Below are positions 50,299 through 60,600 of a stretch of DNA of 64,000 nucleotides, piece by piece (within the stretch, counting starts at the first letter, position 1; the number at the start of each line of letters is the position of its first letter). The DNA comes from Aplysia californica (lineage: Eukaryota), in contig NW_004797318.1 in the NCBI RefSeq assembly GCF_000002075.1, positions 1,035,737-1,099,736 of the forward strand, read 5' to 3'. The notes below the pieces were generated by a model that saw nothing but the letters and a program-made list of their open reading frames with translations, was not told the origin of the DNA and searched no databases. Made by a program: the position numbers and the translations under genes.

Positions 50299-50388
50299 TC
50301 TCTCTCTCTCTCAACTCAAGAGTGCTGGAACGTTTGTTCACATTGGTATCACAGTAAATGCACACCGGCTGAGAATAGAGGTGGCCTT
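48952..50388. mobile_element. Fold-back composite of the same repeat family
   Basis: Arms 48968-49319 and 49741-50096 are near-perfect reverse complements; outer IR ggccacctctattctca. Confidence 0.85.
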
Positions 50389-53259
50389 ATTATATGGCCT
50401 TACACTTGCCTTTTGTTTGTATTGTAATTGTAACACAGTCACCCCCTATAATCCTATATTATAGGTTATTTTTATACCTAGGCTGATTAAGTAGACTAGG
50501 TCTATTCATGTAATCACAAGGACATAAATTATAAATTCACTTAGTTTTCTTCTATTCCCACCCAGGTTGGAATACAATTTTCGATTCTCTCCCGAGGGGG
50601 GTAAAATATTTTGCCAATTTTTATGTTCCCACCATTTTTTCCCCGAAGTGATTATTCGGACTCGAGTCCGAATATGAAAAAATGTTATTCGGACTCTGAT
50701 TCTTGTCCAGCATGACATCACTTCCAACTTCCTGTGACTCGTGACTCCGGCTTCCTGTCTTGCCTCACTCGTGACTCGCCTCAGGCTGGGTAGAGACCGG
50801 GATCACTTCGGGCTAATCTTATGATGAATTTGAGGCCGGCCTGAAAAGTTATAGCGCTTCTAATAAATGTTTATTTGTCAAGAGGTCATCAGAAGCAATT
50901 AAAGATGGCTCGTTAGCGTGTGTCGGGGTCGGATGGGCGACCTGCACACACGTGTGGCTGTGTGCGTGGGGGGGGGGGGGGGCACTATCGGTCCGGGCGT
51001 TGAACGTCGCATACGCGTCAGTCTTTTTCCCCTCGGCAACTGATCATTATTACAATAATAAGCTAGTCTTGACGTAGATCTACGTAATGAATTGTGCGCT
51101 GGTCTATGGAATCAAAAGTTGCCGTATGCTCAGCTCTACACAGCAACACAACTTTTTTTTTCTGGATAAACAGCTCATAATATGCAGTTGCCAGGTGGTC
51201 TGCTAATCTTCAATTTCACCTTTTTCTACAACAAAGAAAGTGGGAAACATGGGGGGGGGGGGGGGGGCGTATCAATGAGGCGGCGGGCATCGGATTGGCA
51301 GAAAAGGTGGGGGGGGCTAAAAAATGGCGGAAAATTGGAAGCACTGAACGTTAGAACTATAGAACGAAGGCACTTCCTTTTTTCCGGACCCGAGTCCGAA
51401 TAACATTTTTTCATATTCGGACTTGAGTCCGAATAAAGAAAAAATGTTATTCGGGCTCGAGTCCGAATAACGACGGCCTTTTTTCCCCCGCCGACCGACC
51501 AACTATTTGTTTCCATAATTATTTGTTTTTCCAATTACCGATTTAGGCCTGGTTAAATTTAAATAGTGGCTTTACTTGGTGTGTGAATCTCATTCTTTTT
51601 TTTTCTTTTTAAATTGTTGACTCAGAAGGACCAAATTTTATCTCTTCAATTGCAAATTTTCTTCAGCTTCTGGGGGCCCTTGACCTGGTGGGATGCCAAA
51701 ACCAGAGCACCACTTTACTTTTTAAAAAGCTCATTGCTGTTTCCAAAAGATAACTTTTTCAACACTTCTACATCATGTCATGTATACTTCGAGTTGAGGA
51801 AGTAAAGGCGGCCTGGAAAGGAACTGGCCACCCGACCCCAATATGCCGAAGGCCCAGGAAGTTGTCTCACTAACAAGGCAATCCCCAATGTCCGGATCGG
51901 ATGCGGGAACAACTTTACTTTTACTACATATATAAATTCTGATAGTAATATACTTTAGACCAACATATGTCTATACTAAAAAAGAGGCACAAAAAGAGCA
52001 TTTTGGAAATTTTGATGCTGAAACCTTTGAATTTGGTTTAAAAACATATTTTTTATACCGTCCAACCAGAATCCTGTCTCCATAGACAACTATTTATGAC
52101 TACTTCTTGTGAGTAACGAGTAGTCTGACCCCTTTGATTACTTGGGGTGGGAGGGCGGTAGCCCACCCAATCTATACAGTGTAAAGTTAGAGAACCAACA
52201 CAGGCTTACACCGAGATATGAGAAGCCTCGTGGAGAGATGTCACAATTTTAGATTTTTGAACTGAAAGAAGGGGAAATATAAAAACAACAACAGATGAAT
52301 GAGTAAAAGGCGGAAGAAACGAATAGGTTTTGACACTGTATGTATACAAGATCGAATATATATCTTTGACAATGAATTTGCATCCCGATAATTACTCTTT
52401 TTAAAGTCTTCAATCAGGATAACTTGGATTTCAGAACGTAGCAAAGCACTATTTTTTTCTTTCAAAACTACATTCTTAAAAAAAAAATTAAGATAAAAAT
52501 AAAGTAATTGGGAATTGTTAGTTTACGGAAAAAGGGATCGGTTCTTTTTCTCAAAGCAGTAATCTCGGGGATCGGTTCTAGAATCGATTCTTGGCCCACC
52601 AGTACTTTACACTTTACGCACATATCCTTGACCAGTACCAGTAGCTTGTCCATACTTCAAATATTCATACAAGCAAAAGTATGACACTTTATATTGACAA
52701 AACAATCTGTTTCCACTTCAGTAAAAAAAATGATACACTGAAAAATTATAAGTGTCCACCCACTGTACTTTGAATAGTATCCAACAATGAATGTTGTTTA
52801 ACACCGTTGAAATGGCGGTAGCCGGGGTTAAATTTAGATTTCAACCCTTGGCAGTCTGTAAGTTAAAGAGTGGTTAATAATAATGTTATATTATGATTTT
52901 AGAATTTTTTATGAGGGGTTTTATCAGATGATACTGTGACTGTATAGAACTCTGTTGAAAAACAATGTGTTGGCTGTACTAAAATATGTTTTGTAACGTT
53001 TCACACTCTGTATTTTATTTTTTGTTTCTCTCTCTTTATACTGCCTTGCAAGGACTGTTAGTTATCTGGTCTGACATTAAAAAGTAGACGTTTATAATGT
53101 TTAATCTGTCTCTTTTTTTATTCCTTTAAAACAGATTCTGGTACTTAGTTTGCATGAACAGTCTACAAGGTTTTCAAGTTTTTTTTCTTTGGTAATAATT
53201 TTCTGATTTTGAATCCACAGGTTTTTTCAGCAACTGCAGGAAGCGTTAAAGAAGCAGCC

Positions 53260-53302
53260 ATGTTTTTAATGGAATGGTTCTCGTCTATGCTGAATTTTTT
53301 AG
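53260..53302 (+). CDS. SAR1: Sar1 first coding exon, amphipathic helix
   Basis: gcagcc[18 protein letters not shown]|gtatgg; exon acceptor at 53220. Confidence 0.93.
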
Positions 53303-56300
53303 GTATGGTAATTCAGGTTTTTGTAATCGTACAATATTTTTTGGGTCACGGTCATCATCATGTAGTAGGCCTATGGTAAATATTTTAGTATTCTTACTTT
53401 CCCTCCCGTCTCAACACTTAACTACCAGTTGTCTGTTTTCTATTATGGGCTGAGCCCGAATATCAACTTCATTTCCGTCACAAATTAATAGTTTTGAAAT
53501 TTTTGATATATATATATATGGTTTTTAATTGAGGGATACCTCTCTAATCCTAACCGCGTAGTAAGTTTTGCTCCTTGGACTAGTCCAGGGTTTCAGGGAG
53601 GGGGGCACGCCCTCGTTTTAATACGTAATTGGATAATTTGCAGTTAGGTTTGAAATTTTCTTGAAAAATAATAATTATTGATGTGAGACAGTTTTAGCGA
53701 CTTAATGTGTGATTTACAGCAAACAGTATCGGTATTGCAGTGCAATACGAAGCAGTGCATCTGTATGCGTGAGCGAAAGTAAAAATTTACCAATGCCAGT
53801 ATTTCTTTGCTGCTGAAATTGATATTGTTTTTCACTCTAAAAGGTCTGTATTTTCTTGAAATTGAAAGTTTTTCTTATTATACAGAGATCACTTAAAGTG
53901 AAATTCAAGAAGTCTAATTGTCTTTGACTGATTCTGTTGGTTGTTTACAATGTTTCGCATTTTGGGAAAATGGTTCAAAATATAAATTGGTAATATGTCT
54001 ATCACTGTATGAGCTATTTATCTTTTATTTAAAAAATGCCATGGGCTATATTAGAAAATAAAAGTCCAATGTTAACTTTTTTTGGTTACGATTGTCTTTT
54101 GTTATTGATTACCAGCATGTTTAAACTGGAACGATGTAATCTTACTCTGTTTTCTTCATTTCTTTATTGATTTTTGACTATGGATGAAATTCACACTAGG
54201 GTTTGGGAAGAAAGCTGGCAAGCTAATTTTGCTAGGCTTGGACAATGCTGGCAAAACTACTCTGTTGGGTGTCCTCAAGGAGGGTCACATTGTGCAGCCG
54301 GTGCCCACCCTGCACCCCAGTAAGTTAGTTTGTGGGTCTAAAACAATAAGCTGGCAGAGGGCCTATGTGTTGTGTGTGCATTTTGGCATGGACACTATAA
54401 TTGGAGTGTTGGAAAACTACGCAGCACTGTTTCTGAAGGCCAGCTTTCAAGGATTGAACGGAAACTGACTGTTACTAACACAATGTGCTCCATCTTGATC
54501 CTGAATTGACTGACTATTTCCCCTCTCTTTTAGTTTGTAGTACGGATTTAACCAGCTATTCTTGGTACAGTGTGGATGTGCATGGGCGTGCAAACCATTT
54601 TATGCAAAGTTTTGCTCTCAACGTTTTTTTGGGGGGATGGGGAGGGGGATAAATTTGCTGAATGAAAGAAGTGTATGGAAAGCACCCCCTCCCCTGAGCA
54701 TCCACACTGTTGTCAGTAAATACTTGTAGGTAAATGTTTTTCTCCCCTGCATGCTCACTGCTTTTTTTCTTTCTCTGTGCTTTTTTCACCCTCTGTGGCC
54801 AGGTTTATGGAAGAAATCGGGTAAATTAGTGTTCTTGGGCTTAGACAATGCGGGTAAAACAACACTGCTGCACAGACTCAAAGATGACAGAATGGCCCAG
54901 CATGTACCTACGCTGCATCCAAGTAAGTTGTTTTTCAGTGGAGATAAGTCATAGATCACTGGCGTTTGACCTAAACTTGCCTTGTCTTTTTGTTTCTAAC
55001 CCTGAGAATTGCTTTGATTTGAAGAATGGCTTTTTTTAGTTGATGAATGTGACATTAATGAAACAGTTTAAAAAAAAGTTTAACTAACCAGTGACGTAGC
55101 CTTGTTCCTTATAAATTGAACATTTTCAGTGAAACTAACGTACGTTTCATGTCTGTGTTGCTCCTTGATTTTCACAAATGATCAGATACTGGTCAAGAAT
55201 TAATATGAATGTTACTTATACAGTCTTTCTGTTATTATCTACACTGAATGACTCAGGCAGATTATTGTGAATATAACTATTGATAAAAAATGCAATTTAA
55301 ATCTAACAGTGTGGTATAACATGCATGATAATTTGTGCTGATTAAGTTAATAGAAATTTAACCAAAGTATTGTGAATGGAAAATATTCGGAGAGTGGTCC
55401 TTGGCTTTAGCAGTGATTGCTGATTTGCTAAGTGATGTGAAAAAATTACTGACACTAGTGAGCGGGTCCCTTTGTTAAGACATGCTTTACATAACATTCA
55501 CTTCGTGTGTGCTCATCAGACTCAAATGTGTAAAAACACGATTCAGAACTCCCCATGATTCATATTTTAATAATCTATTGATGCAGGTCATAGTTACTTT
55601 TTTTTTGGGGATGAACTTTGACAATGAGTGTGATAGTTGCACTTTTTAAAAACATTTGATAATGTAACAGTTTTTTAGTTTAATAAAATCTTTTTTTTTT
55701 AAATTCTACTGGCAGGCATATATTTGATTCAAAGTCAAAGAATGCTGGTGCTTAAATTTAATGGTTAGTTAATGGTTTAAATATATGTTATTCATTTTGA
55801 TTAATTGTTCAGTTTGTAATCCTCCCTGCCTTGTAGACATTGACATTAGTCTAATGGTGATTAGTAAATATATCTATTTTTTAAATGTGAAATGACACCC
55901 TCTCGCTCACTCTCTGTCTCATCTTTACTCAGCATCGGAAGAGCTGTCCATGGGAGGAATGAAATTCACCACATTTGACTTAGGTGGCCACAGACAAGGT
56001 GAGTTTTGATTTTTAGAAGTTTTAGTAAGAGTTTTAAGGCATTTGCAACACAATTTCTTATAAAGTGTGAAAGATCAGAGGTACTGGGTGTTATAAGAGA
56101 GTAACGGGGAAAAGAAGGGGAGATATTGATGATATATGTTTAATTGGAAAGAAGGAGCAAACCGCACCAGGCCACCTGCCAACCACCCACAGGTGAATTT
56201 TAAGGGAAAAGTGTTTCTTTTGAACAGCTGAAGGAGCATGCTTAGTGTTGATGAGAAAGAGACCATACGAATGTTCATGTCTTTCTTCTGAGAAACAAGC

Positions 56301-57580
56301 GTGGAAATGCCAGTTATAGTTTGAAAGTTGATTTCCAAGTTATTGGTTTTTTTCTCATCTTGCTATTCAATAATGGATTAAAACTAAAGCTGTGCTTTCT
56401 GGTACGAAGTTAACTCGAAAGGCGAGGGTTCCTATGTTTCTCCTTATATGTTAATAATGTTTTGAACCATGGTTGATTTCACAACGGTATCGATTCTAAT
56501 GAACAAAGTCTTTAATACTTTGAATAGTTTTTGCACAGTGGAATTTGATCAACTACATTACTATTGGAATGACAGTGTCAAGCTCCTTTTTTTAGAATTT
56601 AGAATTCTCTAGACCTCTACAGCTCATAAGAAAACATTAAGTAGAAGAGAGATGGTTTTGTTGTTTTTTTTTGTGGGGGGGGGGGGGGGGAAGGAGTGAT
56701 TTAACTGTTCCAAACTTAACCTGTGAGTTTGAAGTTGCAAAATTGTGGGATTCCCATGTAGGGTTTGAGTAGGCACTTCAGTGAAATTTTCAAACTTCTC
56801 CGGGGGCATTAAAATTTGGATTATTGAAAAGAGCTTGGCTTTCTGTTTTCAGAGCTTTTTAAATTTTTGCGCTATCTTTGTTAGTTTAGAAGCAGCGACC
56901 GTTTTTGTGAATCAATTTTCGCCCTGATTTGGCCAAATTTTTTAACTGCATTTTGTGCCACCAAAACTCGAAATTTTGCTTCACAAAGTCATAAAATCCT
57001 TAATAATAGTTGTATCGTGACCATTGAGGTATCATTTTGTTTGCTGTTTTATGTAGAATCAATATATAAAAATAAAAGTCAAGTACATTAGGAGTAAAAT
57101 TTTATTTACCGTTTAATTACGTCATAATCGTGACGTCGGGAGTCCAATGCCTATTTTCCCAAAAAAGATACGGGCACACTTTCCATACTAATGGTCCGAT
57201 TTTCAAAAGAAAAACATCACTCATTTTGTTTTAAAGAGTTCTGTAACTTGCTATAGGGGAAAATGATTAAAATTGAAAGCAGTTTCAATCTTACAGGCAT
57301 AACTCAAGCAGGAGGTTGACGGGTGCTCTGGGGTGTGGTTTGTTCTTTTTTTCCTTATTAACAATCAACGGTCCTTATCTCTCCTCGTTCTTTTCTGTGT
57401 ATGTTACTCTCTTGTAACACCTCTAGTCTTCGGGGCTTATAAGACCTATTTGTGTTGCAAGTGCCGTTAAACCCAAGCACAAGCATAACGCAGACTTGAA
57501 GAATATGAAAAAAATTCAACGAGTATGGTATAAAGCGGGAAATCACCATAGCATTATGACAATTACTGGGGGTCATCAAT

Positions 57581-57633
<53 letters not shown>

Positions 57634-60600
57634 AATATATATATATATATACACACACCATGCAATGGCTCATATCCCGAAGAACAGCGACACCAGTTCT
57701 ATGATCTACTGAGTGAATTTTTAAACATCGTGGATGACAAAGATAATGTGACAATGATGGGGGACTTAAACGGCAGAGTGGAAACAAGGAAGACGACGTG
57801 GAAGACATACATGCGGCCACACAGTGACAGGGATACAGATCAAAACAGCAATGGAGAAATGCTATTACATTTGTGTGCAGAACATGAGCTCGTCATATCA
57901 AATACCTTCTTCCAACACAAAAGGAGTCAAGTTAAAGAAAGAAAATCTGGATCGGTACTAACAATAGACCTAAGAAACTATATCAAACAAATAATTGCAT
58001 CAGAAACTTAAATAGGCGTTTCTATTTAATTTTTGACTGTGTTAACAACACTAGTCGGGACTCTTCATACTAGATCTAGGCCCTAGGCCTACGCACGCAA
58101 TGAAAGGCTTTGGGCAGGGGAAAAAAGGAGGGAGGGGCAGCTCTGTGAAAAGGAAATACTTGGGTCTAAAAAGTCTCGTTTTCTTTATACTATCGAATGA
58201 ACTAAGGCACAATGTGAGGTCAGTGATTATAAAACATTACCAAAATTGATTAACTTTTTGAACTAAAGTTTAAAAATCTCTTGGCGATGTATTTCCCTGT
58301 CTCGTACATTTCAAACAATGAAGAGAGGGAGCCAAAAGCTGAAGGCGAAAATGTGTGACGTCACGACTCTGCGCGATGTCGCGGTGGAAGGGTTCAGCTA
58401 GGTTTTCGCGGATTTGGTTGATAAAAGGGTAAGACTACACTAGCCAAGGTAAGACTTCTACGATAACCATTTAAACGTTTTCTGGAAGAACAAAGAATGG
58501 TTTACCAACAAGGGTAGTTTGGAAAAAATATGACGAGAAAATTTATCAAAAATCTATGGTTTAAAAATTGTCTATTTTTCAACTTCAAATATTTCGAGAC
58601 TCATTAGTCGCACATCGACCTGGAAAGAAGCGTTTTGAAGGCCATCCACAGGTCTTTAAAGACATGTATCGGACTTGAATGTTGGTCCCCTAAATTAAAC
58701 AAAAATATGGGCAGTTTGAACCCACTGTCGCGATGAGACGTCATGTCCGGAAACAAAACCCTATGGGACTTTCCGAAGCCAAATGACGCCATAGTGAGCG
58801 CGTTCACTGAAGTGCCTAGTTTGAGAGAACCTATTAAAAGTTTGATAAAAGATGGTGCTTTCGTCCTATGTTATCAGTTTTGGTCCTCGAATAATTAATT
58901 GTAAGAACTTATGGTTAGTTACACCCCTCTGTCATTTTAATAGCTTTGCATTCTTATGCCTTCTGATAATTTTTTGTTGTTCTTTGTTTGTTTGTTCTTA
59001 CAGCACGTAGAGTATGGAAGGATTATTTCCCAGCTGTGGATGGTATAGTTTTCCTCATTGACTGTCATGACAGAGCCAGATTTGTTGAAGCCAAGGCGGA
59101 ATTAGACGTGAGTGCCCATGATACACTTCTGTTGTTGTTCCTCACTCCTGTTGTTATAGAAAGAGTGTATTTGGTGTCAAGTTCGTAACGAAACACCAGT
59201 CCACAAAATCGAGTCCAAACCACTTATTCAGGTTTCTATTGAAAATAATAAGTCGCTTGTAGCTTGTAAAAACTTTTGTTGCCAGCTTGTTTTGATACAG
59301 TTCTTTGCCAAGTACGAGACAGTTTTGTTGTTTTGCCACTGCAAATCATACTACTAGAAAATATTTTTTTAAAGAAGAACAGGGCTGAATGAAATTAATC
59401 ATGTTGTGAATGTGCAGTGTCTTTGAGTGTGGCATTGATTTACGATGGGATTTTGTGGAGGGTTTAGGTGAAGAATCAGCTGTGATCGAGTTTTCGAACG
59501 TTAGATTCAGGAATAGAACTTGTTGTTATAAAATATTTTGTATGCTTACAAAAATTAAAGCTTGAAAAATTATGTGGCAATGGAGTCTTCTATAGTACTA
59601 GAAAAACTAAAAGCCTAATTTACGAGGACTTCTTAGTGTGGAGGGATGATTTTAAAATGTTCATTTTTTCTCCTACATCACCTTTTTGTCTTCAGGGCAT
59701 GATTTTGAAGCTAATTCGGTGCTGTATTCATTTTACTTAGATTTTATTTTGTTGGTGACATTTTTCTATGTAAAGTTAACTCACTGACTACTGGCCCCTT
59801 TCACAAATCACTAGTGCAGAGTACTGTCATTTTTGGGGGTATTTCAAAACACAACCACAACTATCAGAATTACCCTATTGTAATTATTTTTTGACACAGT
59901 AAAGTAACTTTCAAACTTAATCTATTGCAAAAAATTTAAGTTCTCTAGGTCTAATACTTTTACTTTAATTCTTTTGATTGTTTCAAAATTGGAATGAATT
60001 TGATTTTTCGAAAAATTTCCAGAAACATGACAGATAGAAGGAAATTCACAACAACAAAAATTAAAGTTCAAAGTGTTCTGTTTTGATTTGTATTCATGTG
60101 TGAGTGTTTGGTGAAAATATAAAAGCTGGTCTGTGCGTTTATTCAGACCCATATACTGAATTACATGAGACAGATGGAGGGAACGAAGTTGTGATTTCGT
60201 CGCGTGAACAACAACAACAATACTAGTGCTAGATCTAGCCCTAAAACTACGACTCGGGCCGTGTTCGGGTACATATCCAGGGTCCTAACTATCAGACATA
60301 TCATGTCCTGAGTCACTAGAACAAGCAAAACGTGCAAAAGTATCGAAAACAGCGAAATTATGTGATTCTTGTTCATGCGACCGTAACTTCAACACGATTG
60401 TCGGATTACTATCATTTGTATAGAAAAAACATAGCGCGAATTCCGGTCAGGTCAACCCCAGATGAGGTGACTGTCCTTAACCTTCAATTGCTTAAAAAGT
60501 TACCATGAAACTTCCGCCAAACTCGGCACGAAACGTAACAAGAGGCAAAACTAGCACCGGAGTCCGTTCCCTTACATGTGTCGGGAGTTGGGAGCACAAG

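Noticed and set aside
54117-54170. ATGTTTAAACTGGAA resembling Sar1 exon 1 (MFKLE versus MFLME)
   Set aside because: Similarity ends after six codons, there is no good donor and the frame closes; likely chance
54184-54199. ATGAAATTCAC before exon 2a matching exon 3 (MKFT), or use as an alternative start
   Set aside because: Only 11 nt, wrong position for an exon 2-3 tandem relic, and starting here would delete the amphipathic helix
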